Below, piece by piece: positions 12,496 to 26,100 of a stretch of DNA of 64,000 bases. The position numbers and the translations under genes are program-made. The DNA comes from Balamuthia mandrillaris (taxonomy: Eukaryota), in NCBI GenBank assembly GCA_031835245.2, contig JAVKOQ020000001.1, positions 310,001 through 374,000 on the forward strand. Direction: 5' to 3'. Every line of letters starts with the position of its first letter. The first letter of the stretch is position 1. Under the pieces are notes generated by a model. The model saw only the letters and a program-made list of their open reading frames with translations, was not told the origin of the DNA and did not search any database.

Positions 12496-13386
12496 ATGGA
12501 AAGCGAACTGCAAAAGTGGGCCAGAGTGGCAGAGCTTGAGGAGAAGGAGCCCAGCTTGAGGGCCAAGGACGCGCTGAAAAAAGTGGAGGCGGAGGAGCAG
12601 GCCAGAGCGAAGCAGAAGGAGAAAGCAAACGAAGCCTCGGAGCAGCAGCAAGCCCACCAGCAAGAAGAGAATGAGCAAAAACTGAAGGAGCTGATGCTGA
12701 AGGAAGAGGCGAGGATACTCAAGGCGGGCATTGGAGGCGAGAAACTGTTGAGCACCGAAAAGCAAGTAGAGGCGCTTTCCAAGCAGGAGATGACCCGAAA
12801 GAACTCAGTGGAGTGGGCTGGACGGATTGCTCGCAAGCAACAAACGGCGTCCAACAAGCAGGAAGAGGAGGGCGGCGAGGCAGAAGAAGAGGATGTGAAC
12901 GACGTTGAGTACTGGCAGAGACAAGCCGCCGAGATTCAGCAGTACGCCAAAGAGGAGGAGATCAACATGTGGAAGGAGCAGCAGAAAGAGATCTTTTCGA
13001 GCAACAGCGATGAACATAACGATGCCACCAGCCCCAGAGCGGACGAGCACGAGATGACCGAGCAAGAACGCGAAGAGGCTCGCATGGCACGCATCGTCCA
13101 GGGAGGCAAACGTAAGGTGGTCATCGAAACCAAACGAGTCCAAACCTCTCCTCGCGCTGCTGCCGCTGCCCCTCCTGCTACTCAACAAAGGATCAACACT
13201 GTCACCTCCCCAACTGCGTCTTCAGAAAAGGTGCCAGCTGTTGTAGCAAAACCAAAAACGGAGGAAGAGCTGAAGCAGGAGGCAGCCCGCGTGGAGGCCT
13301 GGAACCAGACTCAGCAGGAGAACCAGAAGAAGATGGCCCAAAAGGAGGAGGAGCGCCTGGCCAGACTGTTGGGCAAGAGAGGATGA
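12496..13386 (+). CDS. Hypothetical E/K/Q-rich coiled-coil protein, intronless
   Basis: 296-aa ORF with an A-rich leader before the ATG and GC3-rich codons; no domain recognised. Confidence 0.75.
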   Translation: MESELQKWARVAELEEKEPSLRAKDALKKVEAEEQARAKQKEKANEASEQQQAHQQEENEQKLKELMLKEEARILKAGIGGEKLLSTEKQVEALSKQEMTRKNSVEWAGRIARKQQTASNKQEEEGGEAEEEDVNDVEYWQRQAAEIQQYAKEEEINMWKEQQKEIFSSNSDEHNDATSPRADEHEMTEQEREEARMARIVQGGKRKVVIETKRVQTSPRAAAAAPPATQQRINTVTSPTASSEKVPAVVAKPKTEEELKQEAARVEAWNQTQQENQKKMAQKEEERLARLLGKRG

Positions 13387-14445
13387 AGTGGTGCAATGCA
13401 ATAGGGTGCGAAGAGTGAGAGTTAGAGATGAGCCTTACCTCTTCCTCCCTACCTTTACATAATTGTGTTCTGTTTTTTTGTGCATTTTGTAGAGTTTGCT
13501 TCTTTTCTATTTAACCAAAACAACGCCAATAGCTTTTTGTTGAAACGCTCTTTCTTGCTTCGCTCCTCTCTTCAAAAAAGAATCGACCACAGAGAAAGAG
13601 GGGGTTGGTACCCTCGGTGGTGCAGCGCCAGATCAAGAAGTTTGGAGATCGCGGCGGCGTGGGCGAAGTAACAGCACATGTTGGTTATCGCGTATTATCG
13701 CATGTTTTTGTTGTTCGCTGGTTAAAACAAAAAAAAACTGTCGATAGAAGCAACAATTATTGCTGGCCTCGCGGCTTTCTTGCTTTCATCGCTGCGATAT
13801 TAATCGGGAGCATGGGCGCTAAAAAAAAAATTTGTTGCAGATGATTTATTTCGATAAAACGCCTGCTCGAATCTCTTCAGGAAATTGGGGTGACCACCGA
13901 ACGATAAGGATAATTATTTGTTTGTTTGTTGGAGGGGGAAAAAAAAAATACAATAAAACAAAAAAGGGGAGAGAGAGAGAGAAAGCAAGGAGGAAAAGGA
14001 CGCAAAACAAGAAAGAAAAGAGGGAGGAGGAGGAGGGCTTTGGACCGCTTTTGTTTTTTTTTTTTTTTTTTTGCCCATCTCTTCAGAGGAAGCGCCAATA
14101 ATTCTCCCCAACCTCCTTCCCAACGAAGCAAGCAAGAACTTTTAAAAAAAAAACAAAAGAGGTGTGCGGACGGCGTTCGTTTGTGGTAGTGGAACACATT
14201 TAAACTAGAAGGGGAGAAGAATCCTCCACTTTGGATTTTTCTTTTTATTTTTAAAACCCATTTTTTTCTTTCATCTTACTCGAGAAGAGGCTCTTTTTGT
14301 TGCACGATTTTTTTTGGGGTACGTTGTTTTGAGATCTGTATTTTTTCCCCACACGATGAAAGACATTTCTGACTTGTACTCGTTCTTCTATTTATTTCGT
14401 AACAAAGTTTTCCAATCGAAAGCGAATCTTTAAAACAAAACCAGA

Positions 14446-17418
14446 ATGAAGCTCGCAAAGAAGAAAGAGAAAAAGGGAAAGGAGACCAAGGAGGAGAAGC
14501 TCAAAAAGAAGGAGGAGAAGCTGCGCAAGAAAAAGGAGGAGAAGGAGAAAAAGAAGCAGGCCAAATTGGAGAAACGCATGTCCGTACGAGGCTCCTCCCT
14601 GTCGCTTGGCCCCGGCAAGGAACTCTCCATGGACTCGCTGCCGCAACACCTCTCCTCGGGCGATCTCACCGCCATGATGACGGATAGCGGCAGCCACATC
14701 AATAGGCATGGCTCCACTAAGAGCGGCAGCAAGCGCAAGCGGCCCAAGGGCTTCAAGGAAACGGCCTTTCAGCAAACTCTGGAACACATCCGCAACAACA
14801 TGCTGAAAGTGGTCAATATGGCCAACTGGAACCTGGACAAGGCGGCGGCATCGGAGCTGGCCAAAGCGCTGGAGGTCAACAGCAGCGTGGTAGAGTTGAA
14901 CCTCAGCGCCAACATGCAGATCGGGGACGAGGGCATCATCCCCCTGGCCCGCATGTTGGAGAAGAACAAGACCATCACCACGCTGGACATTGTGGACATA
15001 GGAATCACGCGCAAGGGCACGCGCCACCTGCTTACCTGCCTCAACAACAACGTCTTCATCACGAAACTCTTTGTGGACGAGCAGGGCACGGACTTGGGTG
15101 GCATGTTCAACGTTGGAGAGGCCTCACTTAACCCTATTACAGAGGAGGTGCGAGAGAACATAGACAAGATCTTGGAATCGAATGCCAAGTTTAGAGACGT
15201 AAGCTACTTCCTATTGTTTTTTGCATTCTTATCTCATTCTCTTTTTTTCTTTTCCCTGTTTTCTGTTCTCTATTCTCTTTGCTCGTTTGTTTTTAGTTGT
15301 TGGAGGGCAGAACTCAAGTGCTTGACTTGAGCGACAGGGAGCAGTCGTTCGTGAATACACATATCCTCGAAAAGTTCCCAAACCTCACGGTCATCGATCT
15401 CAGCTACAACAAACTGGAAGACGTACCAGAGTGCATTGGCAAGCTCAAGTGCTTGAAGTACATGAACCTTTCTCACAATCGAATTACCACTCTCCCCACA
15501 GCGTACGTCTCGTTTCTTCTCATAGCTTCTGGCGATCCTTCTTCATCTCCATTAAAAAAACAACTATTGCTATTAAACCTTTAACTCATTATCATTTTAC
15601 TAACAGTATTGGCGCACTGCCCGAGCTCATACATCTTGACTTGCGGCACAATGCCCTCTCGGAACTCCCTCACGCCATTACCAATTTACCAAAATTAAAA
15701 GTACTAAAGTTATCGCACAACCGTTTCAACAATTTGCCACGTTTCTCTCTCGGTAAGTTAACTCATCCCTGCCTTTGTTGTCTTATGTTGTTGTTTTTTT
15801 TTTGGAGATTCATTTTCTAATGGTTTGTATCTTTACAGGGAGCATGCCAACTCTTGAAATCTTGGAGATTCGAGACAATCCTTTGAGAGAAATCAGCAGC
15901 ATGGGTTACAATTTCAAGCATGTGATCGCGCAAGGAGGTATGTTGTTTTGTTTTAATGCTTTGCTTTGTTGAAAGACTCATTACTTTTACCCTTTGGCAG
16001 GACGGGAAACTATCAATTACATCCGAGAATACAACCAAGGTTTCGAAGAGGTGTACAGGGTAAGTTATCACCTCTTGTTTGCTTCTAGTCTTTATCTCCT
16101 TGCTTCTTTTGCTAACTCTAGTTATATTCACCTCAAAAAACGACTTCAGATGAAACTCATGTTTGTAGGAAATGGTAATGTGGGCAAAACAACGTTGCTT
16201 CGAAACTTTACGAAAAAAGCACCACCGGACAGTTTTGTAGGACCAGGTACTTCGGGGATTGGCCAAACCAGTGGAAAACTTAAAACCAAGACAGCACAAC
16301 CGGTTGGTTATGTCAGTCCGGACTCACTCGAAAACGTAGCGACGGACGGCATTGACATTCGCAACTGGAACGTCAAACTTCCTGATAAGGAGACCTATCT
16401 CACGTTTTCCTGTTGGGACTTTGCTGGACAGGTTACATTTCTCTTCTCCTGTCTTCCTTCGTTCTTACTGTATTTTCCTTTCCTCTTCCTTCCTTTCCCT
16501 TCTGCTTGCAGTCTTCCCGAAAACTCAAGCTTAACTAACTCCAATTACAGGAAGTGTATTATGCAACACATGGCTTTTTCCTTACGCAAAGGGCGATCTA
16601 TCTGGTCGTCTTTGACCTTACAGATACAGAGCAGAATACCCAAATAGAATACTGGCTTCAATCTGTGCATGCACGTACAGAAAACCCTATCGTTATTCTG
16701 GTAGGAACACACGTCGAGGATAAGCGCTGCGCAAAGGATGGCTACGTTGAGAAATACTTTCAACAGATCTACGACAAGTATGAACGTTTTCGAGGTTCTA
16801 TAGTGACCCATTTTGCAGTTAGCAACATGACAGATAAGGTTTGTATTTGTTATTTAATAACTGAACTCTCGACTAATGTTCTTTTTCAAAAAAGAATATA
16901 CCCGAACTTAAACAAAAAATTGTAGAAATTGCGTTGGAGCAACCGTATATGCCAGACAGGATAGCCAACTCGTTCTTGGCTTTGGAAGAACGAATGCGCG
17001 GCCTTCAGCAGACCTGTAACCCTCCCACCATAAGCTGGGAGCAGTATGCTGAAATCTGCACAAATGAAGCCAAGATCAAGGAGGAACACATCATGACTGC
17101 TACTCGGTTCTTGAACGATTTAGGTATCCTTTCGTTGTTTCTTTGTTATCTCTTTATTTCTGTTTCTCAAAACTATTTATACGTTTGTAGGCTCTCTTGT
17201 TTACTTTAGCGAGAAGGAAGCGGGATTAAGAGACATTGTAATTGTGGACCCGCAATGGATTACCAAAACTTTTGCAACTGTCGTCTCTCTCAATTTTGGA
17301 TTTGTAAAGAATGGCATTTTGGCCTACAAGGACTTGCCCCAACTCTGGAAGCCACCTTCTCATCCTCCCGAGCTTCACGATAAACTTATTGCCTTGCTTG
17401 AAAAATTCCAAGGTTTGT

Positions 17419-17452
<34 letters not shown>

Positions 17453-18807
17453 CTCCCTTCCCTCTCTTCCCTCCTTTCTCTCAGTTTCTCTTCGAAACTC
17501 CACCACTAATCCTCACTTCGAATTAAAGTAATTTCGAAGTTGCAATTGGATGGAGAAACCAAGATATTGATTCCTTGCATGCTTCCCGATGCTCCACCCG
17601 ATGAACAGGAGATGGAAAAATACTGGCCGTTGTTCGAGGAGAACGTGCCGCAAGTAGGCAGAATCTACAACTTTGAGTTTGTGCCTCTCGGTTTCTTCAG
17701 CCGTTTGATAGTCAAGTTTTTGAGCTCCGACTACATCCCTGTCCTGTACTGGCAGAAGGGTATCGTCCTTCAGAAAGGCACAGAGCGCATAAAGCTGATC
17801 ATCCATCAAAACTCCCGAGAGGAGACCAAAGCTAAGCTGCCCGTTTGCTTAGAGCTGTGGGTGAGAGGACCACGCCCAGCCAGACACTTGGGCACCCTGG
17901 TTGGCAACATAGACACATTAGTCATGGACTGGTTGCGAGTCAAATTCGAGATTACCGTTCCATGTACACATTGTATAAAAGGTATATTCTCTCCTCTCTC
18001 TTGCTCTGTGTAAGTTTATTTTTGTTGTAAGTGATTAACCATATAAACACAGAGGGTTCGGATGATCCATACCAATTCCCAATGAAACTGGTGGAACAGA
18101 CGGTGGCCGCTGGTGGACTATACGTCATTTGTAGGGGTATAAAGAACGTGCTCGTGGAAAATATTGCCCCCGATATTGCTATGTCTGAGTTCAAGGGCGC
18201 TAAAGTGGACTATAGCGAGCTCAACATCATCAAACAGATTGGCGAAGGAGGTTTGTTTGTTTGTTTTTTTTTTGTTCTTCTAGTTATGTTAATTTTAAAA
18301 TCTTATTTTTATAAAAAACTCAATCGTCCAGGTTTCGCGAAGGTTTACAAAGCTACTTGGAATGACAAGATCATTGCTTTGAAGGAGCTCATTCTTGACG
18401 CTTCCAATACCACCCAAGCCATTGGCTTTGAGTTTGAGGATGCCACCGATCCACTAGCTGTTTTTGCAGAGTTCCGAAGAGAGGTCGCGTTGATGAGGTC
18501 ATTTTCTTTTTCACCATTTTCAAATTTCCGTTTCTAGTTTTTTTTTGACATACCTCAATTCACATTACAGCGAGATGTCTCATCCCAATATTGTCAGTCT
18601 AATGGGTCTTTGCATGTATCCCTTCTGCATGTTGCTGGAGTTTTGTTCGTTGGGATGTCTTTATGATTATATTCATGACGAAAAGAGAGTGCTTAACTGG
18701 CCTGTTATCGTCAAACTCGCTGAGGACATTGCAAAGGGCATGCGCTTCATGCACAACTTTAATCCTCCGCTTATTCACAGAGATCTCAAATCACCTAACG
18801 TCTTGGT

Positions 18808-18842
<35 letters not shown>

Positions 18843-18975
18843 ATTTGCTCATGACAAATATGAACAATATATCATCAGCTCACTGTAGAGATGACTGAGT
18901 CTGGCCCCACGATTGTAGCCAAAGTCGCTGATTTCGGTCTTTCTCGTTCTCTGCTTTTGGCCTCTAAACTGAGTA

Positions 18976-19011
<36 letters not shown>

Positions 19012-21636
19012 AACATCACCAAACATAAACAGATTTGAAGGTAGTAGATAATCCTGTCTGGTTGGCACCTGAAATGATGCGCAAAGAAGACTACGATGAA
19101 AAGGTGGACGTCTACTCCTTTGGCGTCATTCTATGGGAGCTCGTCTCTCGTGGGGAGTTCCTTGGTCACATCACCTTCCTCAGTGCCATTGAAGATGCCG
19201 TCTTACAGGGAGAACGACCCGACATTCCCGAAGACTGCCTTAAGCGTTTCCCCGAGTTTGCCAGTCTTATACAAAGCTGTTGGGATGGCGATCCAGAGAA
19301 GAGGCCTACTTTTACTCAGGTATGCGAGGAACTGGCCCAAATACGAGAGAAACGATTGCCAACAACTGGCGAGAAGATGCCCTCCTTCGCCATGCCCAGC
19401 ACCAACGACGACTCCTCGTTCAAGCATGCCACCCAAAAGACCGCCGTTCGAAACTTTGAGGATGTTCCACAACCTCCTCCATCTGCTTCAGCACGTGCTA
19501 ACAAAGCCTCTTCTTCCACCCACGACGCTTCTTCTTCAATGGCTACTGTGGGAGCCAAGAGCTCACCGAGTTTTCCTCTGCGCAACAAACCGGAACGAAG
19601 CATTGCCACCATGATTCCTCAAAGCCGGAGTCAGGACTCTATCCGATCTCCAGACGCACAAAAAGATGCCAATCAACGATCTACTTCAACCACTCCTCAC
19701 AAACAGCCGATGAGAATTCCACCCCAACAACAGCCTCAACAACTACCGCAACAACAAAAACAACAACCTCCTATTCCATCTCGACGTGGACCATCGCAAA
19801 CGCAATCTACTCAACAACCTCCTTCGGAACGTACCACTCACTCACTGCCTGCGCATCGGGCGCACAACGCGCAGCCTCGACCAACCGTAGCGCCTCCCCC
19901 TGCTGGGGTAGACAGGAAAGGCAGCATGCCCGTCCTCCCAACACAGCATCCACAACAAAAGGGCACTCAAAGCAACGGCGGAGGGAGAGTAATTTCCACC
20001 ACCACCAACGCTTCTCGTCCCTCGTCACCACCCTCATCTTCATCGGGAACAAGTTCCACTCCTCCAGAAATGCAACCACGAACGCTGCTCTCGACTCCAG
20101 CATTAGGTGCTGGCGCCTATCGTCTCGGGTTTGCCAGCAATGGCGATCTCTCCTCTACCTCCGTCACTTCCTCTCCCGCCCCTTCCTCTTCGCTTCCCTC
20201 TCCTACCTCCTCCGGCTCCTCCATAGCCACCTCTGCCTCCGCCTCCGCTGCCCTCAAACGAAGTACCAGCACGCGACAAAACTCTGGCGGGTGGCTGGCC
20301 GTAGAAGCTCCTTCCCGACAGGTCCGCCTCATCACTGACGAGGTGCCCTGCTGCCTTCTGGACCGCATGCTGCCCAGCAAGTGCAGTGCCGGTGTGACCA
20401 GCATGATCGCCTGGAGAGATCGCGTCTGGTGCGGTTGCAAGGACGGCACCGCCTTCCTCTGGGACAATAACTCCGTCTCCGCCTCTTCATCGCCCTCTCT
20501 CATCAAGTCCTGGCAGATGCATCGCGCGGGAGCTGTAACAGCCCTCTGCGTGGTGCAGGACGCCTGCGTGTGGTCCTGCAGCTCTAAGGAAAACCGCATC
20601 GCCATCTGGGACGAGAATGGCAACCTCCTCTCTGAGATCTCCACAAAGTTCAGCCCGAGCTGCATGTTGGAGATGCGGTTTCCCAAGGATAAGGAGGGAG
20701 AGAAGGTCTGCAACTTTGTGTGGGTGGGCGGCAAGGCCGCTAAGAAAGTCGAAATCGGCGTGGTCACCGTTTGGGACTCGGCGGCGCTCAAGCTGAAAAA
20801 GACGATCAAGCTGGAGAGGGACATCACCGAGGTGCAGACCATCCTGGAGGGCAAGGCCACGCGGCCCAAGTGCTTCTTGTATCATGGAAACCATATTTAT
20901 GTGGCGCATGGCGCTCGCATCTATTGCTTCGATCCTATTAACTATGTTCTTAAAGGTATCTTAATGTCTCATCTCTCCCTCTCTCATTTGGCTCTCTCTC
21001 TCTCTCTCTCCTTATTGTTCTTTTCGTTTTGGTAATGTTTTCCTGTTCTGCAACCCAACAAAAAAGGTTATCTTGGAGGCCATCTCGGAAAAGTTCGCAA
21101 CTTGATATCCGTGGGCAAAGAGGTTTGGTCCGGCGCCGACGACAAGTTCATCAAAGTGTGGAACCCGGAGGAGGCCGGCAGTGAGTGCTTGTACACTCTA
21201 GAGGGACACTGCGGGCAGGTCCGGCAGATGGTCCACTTTCGGTTCAAACGGAGCGGCGGACCTTCTGATGATCCATTTGCTGCTGATGATGGCTCTTCTG
21301 GTACCCTCTTCTCTGTTCTTTTTTTTTCTGTCTCTTCATTCATTTTGTTTGCACGTTCTTCTTCTTCAAACTATTTATTATTATTATAAGCCGAACACTA
21401 ACAACAACGTTATACCAACAAACAAACATTTAGATTCGTTGGGATGCGTGTGGAGCTGCGGATGGGACAAAAAGATACTTTTGTGGGACGCGCAAACGCA
21501 CCAATTTGTAAAGTGGTTACAAAAGAAGCACGAAGCCTCCATCAACTGCCTCTGCGAGGCGCCCCAACACACGGCCGACAAGAAGTCCAAACTGTGGAGC
21601 GCCGCTGATGATGGCAGCATATGCGTGTGGAAGTAA
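14446..21636 (+). CDS. Roco-family protein (RNI-like LRR, LRR, Roc GTPase, COR, TKL kinase, S/P/Q linker, WD40), LRRK2/Pats1-like, multi-exon
   Basis: LRRs; Roc MKLMFVGNGNVGKTT, ATDGIDI, WDFAGQ-EVYYATHGFFL, LVGTH; COR VDPQWIT, FVPLGFFSRLI; kinase GEGGFAKVYKA, HRDLKSPN, DFGLSR, VDNPVWLAPE; WD40 VWSGADDKFIKVW, LWSAADDGSICVWK. Confidence 0.95.
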
Positions 21637-21732
21637 CTTTATTTTTTTTTTAAAGAGTGTTGTTTTTACTTTATTTCTTTTGCTGTTTCATATATTAAAA
21701 AAAATTCTATATTTTTTCAAAAAACAAAAAAG

Positions 21733-22665
21733 TTATGACGAAGAAGAAGAGAAGTACGCATCAGCAAGAATGTAATCCCTCAGAGAACCAATGTCGAAAC
21801 GGCTTGTGTTCAGAGGGCACGCCCGCAATGGCATCAAGGGTAGCAACGCAGGCACCAAAGCCCCAGGAGCATCCACCTTCTGTCGCCGCCTCTCCCTTTC
21901 CTCCTGAGCTTCCTGCTCCCCTCCAGCGCCGCTGTTGTTGCCCACCTCTTGCTCTACGTAGCGTTGGATGTGCGGCAAGCAAGCGGCTGAGTAGAGGTAC
22001 AAAGGAGGGCAGGCCTTGTTGGAAGCGGTCTCCTCCGGTTTGGGCTTTTCCAGGAAGGACATCACCCTGCCTGGAGCGCCTGAGCCGTCCTCTGCGACTT
22101 CCAGGATGCCCCGTTTGGCCACCTCTGCGTGGTCAGAGAGCTCGTAGTAGAGGAGGAGGCTCTCTTCCTCCTCCAAACCATCAAAGCTTTGCAACACCTC
22201 CCTCAGGCGGAAGCTCTTCTCAAACAGCGTGTCCCCAGCCACCAACAACAACCCATGGTGGCCCTCACTGATCAGCTCCTCCTTGGCCTTCAGCACCAAA
22301 GCAACGTCAGCCAGGGCGCCTAGCCGAGTTTCGTTGGTGAGGGTCCCGTCGTTGATGAGATGGTCTTTGGGGAAGTCGTTGTCCTTGGCCCATTGCTCGA
22401 AGAGGGGGTAGTGGTGCGCGTTGGTGACCACGAAGCAGTGCTTCACGCGGTCTTGGTTCTGACGGAAGGCCTCCAGCCAGTAGTTCAGCAGAGGCTTGCC
22501 ACCCACGGGCACCAGGGGCTTGGGCAGGCCGAGCAGGTGCTGGTACTTGCCAGAGGTGTCCCCCCGAAGGTCTCGCTCCAGGCGAGTGCCATAGCCAGCG
22601 GCCAACACGATGGCCACCACGCTACGCCGTGGCGTGTCCGTGTGGTCTTCCTTCTGGCTCTGCAT
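21733..22665 (-). CDS. Sugar-1-phosphate nucleotidyltransferase (NTP_transferase, GT-A fold), intronless
   Basis: LAAGYGTRL, LPKPLVPVGGKPLLNYW, LVAGDTLF, FLEKP, RFDIGSLRDY. Confidence 0.9.
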   Translation of the reverse strand: MQSQKEDHTDTPRRSVVAIVLAAGYGTRLERDLRGDTSGKYQHLLGLPKPLVPVGGKPLLNYWLEAFRQNQDRVKHCFVVTNAHHYPLFEQWAKDNDFPKDHLINDGTLTNETRLGALADVALVLKAKEELISEGHHGLLLVAGDTLFEKSFRLREVLQSFDGLEEEESLLLYYELSDHAEVAKRGILEVAEDGSGAPGRVMSFLEKPKPEETASNKACPPLYLYSAACLPHIQRYVEQEVGNNSGAGGEQEAQEERERRRQKVDAPGALVPALLPLMPLRACPLNTSRFDIGSLRDYILADAYFSSSSS

Positions 22666-22737
22666 CTCTCTCTCTTCCTTTTTGTTTGTTGGCGGAATGT
22701 AATGGGGGTTGGCACCTACGACTTTTGAATGGATTCA

Positions 22738-22967
22738 TAGGGTTAGGGTTAGCGGTTGACTGGTACCAGTGTGGCTAAACGAGTACAGCAGGAGCTCATT
22801 TTGTGAGCCAAACTACGCTGGAAAAAAGATCGTGAAGATAAGGTTAGGGTTAGCGGTTGGCCATGGAGACTGCATAGAAACGAGTACAGCAGGAGCTCAT
22901 TTTGTGAGCCAAATCCGGGCGGAGGAAAGAAAAAAGATAGCAGAGGGTAAGGTTAGGGTTAGCGGTT
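22738..22967. repeat. Modular tandem array: three GGTTAGGGTTAGCGGTT blocks and two 36-bp AAACGAGTACAGCAGGAGCTCATTTTGTGAGCCAAA blocks with divergent linkers, period 101-109 bp
   Basis: Block A at 22741, 22842 and 22951; block B at 22777-22812 and 22878-22913. Confidence 0.9.
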
Positions 22968-23167
22968 CGATTGTGATTTTCGTTCTCCTAGAGGAGAACG
23001 AAAACTACACGAAAATAGCAGGTTTTGAGCTGCCCCCTAAAAAAAGTAGAAAAAAAAGTAGCACAGCGGAAAGAAGGTAACGTCTCCTCCTCTTTGCCGC
23101 TGCAAAGGGAAAGAGAGTAGCACTGCCCACCACCAAGAAGAAAGGTGTTCGGTCCATCATCATCATC

Positions 23168-26100
23168 ATGGAAGAAGTGGCGCACTACCCCTACCACTAC
23201 ACAGACACCAACGGCCACCGCCAAGAGGAGGAGGAGGAGGACGACAGCGAGGCCGAGCGGCGAAGAAGGGAGAGGGTGGGCAGGATGGTGGGGGAGTGGC
23301 TGGCCGCCCCTGGGGATCTGGAGCTGGGCAAGCTGGACCTGCTGCGAAGGAACGTGCAGAACAAGGCCAACACCACGAGGGCACAGCTGAAGGCCATGGT
23401 GCAGGCCCAGCTGCTCTCCGCCAGCAAAGGCATGGAACTGCTGGCCCTCTCTCACCAGCAAATACGTGGCATGCAGCTCAAGTGCTGTTCTCTCTATCTC
23501 TTTGCTCTTCTCTCTCTTTCTTTAACACACTTTCACAAAAACAGTTTTGAGGAGTTGGAGAGATCGAATGAACGATGTAAAGGGCTGATAGGACAGTATC
23601 CATTGCTGAAGGCTGTGAACGATGCCAGGACGAACTTGTTGAGGACCCTTCGTGAAGTGGACAAGACTCTCCAAATACCTCACAAAGTTTGTTTCATGCT
23701 CTCTCTCTCTCTCTCTTGTTCTTTCTTTGTTCTTCTCTTTTGTTGCTTCCCCAGTTCTTTCTTTGTTCGTTCGTCGCTCGTTCACTCGTTCGTTCGTTCA
23801 TTCGTTCATTTATCGTTTCTCCAATTCTCTATTTATCAAAAATGCTGAATGAATGTCGATGAAAAACTATAAAGATAGAGCAAGTGAGAGCATTGATGGA
23901 AGATGATAAGAACTTGGCGAGTGTTTACAATGAAGTGAAAGCAATGGAGAAGCTGAGAAACATTGCTTTAAAGCAAGCGGTCAATCAGGACGCGGAGCAG
24001 CGACATTTGTTGGAGAAGGTGTTCGAAGGAGTTCATTCGCTGCTTTTTGATTTCAAGGATAGGGTCTTTCAACTCATTCGTTCTGCTTTGCCATCTGCTC
24101 GTGTATGCACTTCCTCTTCATCTTCCTCTTGTTCTTGTTCTTCTTCCTTCTACTTCTTCTAACAACGTGATAATCTAGGAGCGGCCAGAGAGTCTGGTAC
24201 AAGCCGTTCAAGTCATAGAGCAAGAGCAAAAACTTTATGAACAACAAAAATCTGCATCTGACGTACCAACAGAAGCAAGCGATACTACCATCCTTCTTGG
24301 TGCTTTCTTCTTGCTCTCTCACCTCTTTGTTTCTTTCTGAGGCTTACTTATCATTTATTAAGGAGGTGATGACGGAAGTTCTCCAATGGAAGCGTGTTTG
24401 TTGCATCTCAGAGAGTCTATAGCAGATCGGTATAGAGAAGTATTTGCCGAGTGTGGGGATGACATTCAACGCATCTTGCGACGAACCGAACCACTTCTCA
24501 GTGACTTATCGGATGTAATGCAACAGGTTCTTCCGTGCTTCCCTAAATAGTATGTCATCTCTTCACTTATTTATCTCTTCTTTCTTTTTATTTATAGTTT
24601 ATCAACTACTACCCAGCTACAATATAGCTGTTTTCTACTTGGTAGAATATCATGAACGACTTCGTGTCATGTTTGCAGAATACGCAGCGCAGGCTGATGA
24701 TCTCTCCACACAAGAAATACTTTCTCTTGGTATTTTTTATTTTAACATTCACTTCTCTTCTCATTCTCTCAATGCTAACAATGAAATAAAAGTGCAATGG
24801 TGTCAAGAAAACTACACGCCGAAAGTACAAGCTTTGCAGGTTAGCATCGATGAAAACATGGAGCTGCCACCTCTCATGGATGCTCTTTTACCTCTTATGA
24901 ACAGCTATAAAAAGGATATGGGAGTAAGTGCTTTCTGCTGTAGTTTTCTTTCTTCTTTTTTCTTTCTTCTTTCTCCTTTTTTTCTTTGTTCCTTCGTTAT
25001 AGCCTTATTTGATTTATTTGATTTTATTTATTTACATCTATTTTTTTAACAAAGGCGATGATGGATGCTTGGTGCTCTCGTCTTTTGCAATCAGACACCA
25101 AGTCAGAGCCGGAGGTTATTGGAGGAATGTACTACACCGACGCTCCCATCCTCCTCTTTCGTTTCATCAACCAGCAGATAGAAGTTGTGCAAGGCAGTGG
25201 TTCTCCAAAGGTCTCTCTCTCCCTCCCTCAACGATATTAATATGTCATTTAACATGGCTTTTACGAATTTTTCAGTTTATTGGTGGAGTGGTGGAAGAAT
25301 GCATTCGTGTTCTTCACAGGTTTCAAGAAAACACATTCCATATGCTCAAAGGTTAGTCCCTTCCTTCTTCCTTCTTCCTTCTTCCTTCTTTTATTTACAA
25401 CCAAAAACAATACCGAATCAGATGAATGGCAAGGACTCTATCTGGAGTACCTAATGGCTCTCATCAACAACTACAGCAAATGTTTTGAGTACACACAAGA
25501 GCTTCTCCACAAATCCCAAAAACTTCTCGTCTCGGCAGAGGACGAAGAAACTCTTCACGGAGAGTTTGACTTGGTGGCTGCTCGTTTCACTCTACTGGCT
25601 GATCGCACTGTAGACGCTCTGGCCAATACCATATTTGAGGACTTGGAGGAGGCGCTGAAGATGTTATTCAAGAAGGAGTGGTATGAGGAGGATATTACTG
25701 GACAGATCATTGAAACATTGAAGGATTACTTTGAGAATGAGGTCAAAGGACACATTACGGAAGCTTCTTTCTCGAAACTTGTACGTTTTCGTCTTTGTTC
25801 TTTTTTTCTCTGTTCTCTTTATTCTACCTTTTCTTTTTCTTATCTTCTCTTCTTCTGACCAACAAACAATAAAAGGCGAAAGAATGTATAGAACGTTTTC
25901 TTCGCAGATACGTATCAGAACTATTTAACAAGAAGGCTCTCCCGTTGAGCAAAAAAACGGTGGACCGACTGAAGGAAGACGAAGAGCTGCTCCGAGATCT
26001 CTGCCGCAAACATACCAACCTTCGAGAAAAGCATTATAAGATTTACCTTCAACTTCTTAGCGACATTCGTGAGCTCCTGGATTCGTACGTTCTTCTCTTT

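Noticed and set aside
13600..13690. GC-rich island in the Roco upstream region as an exon or ncRNA
   Set aside because: No supported start, splice sites, motif or clear structure.
21735..22728. Long antisense ORFs over GC-rich exons, also at 4.2, 14.4 and 20.1 kb
   Set aside because: Shadow ORFs caused by GC3-rich coding sequence; no recognisable motifs.
22738..22967. CRISPR array
   Set aside because: Two alternating block types, only 2-3 units, linkers with partial similarity, no cas genes, and a eukaryotic context.
22960..22975. tRNA or Pol III B-box (GGTTCGA)
   Set aside because: Lacks the terminal CC of the consensus, and no cloverleaf can be built.
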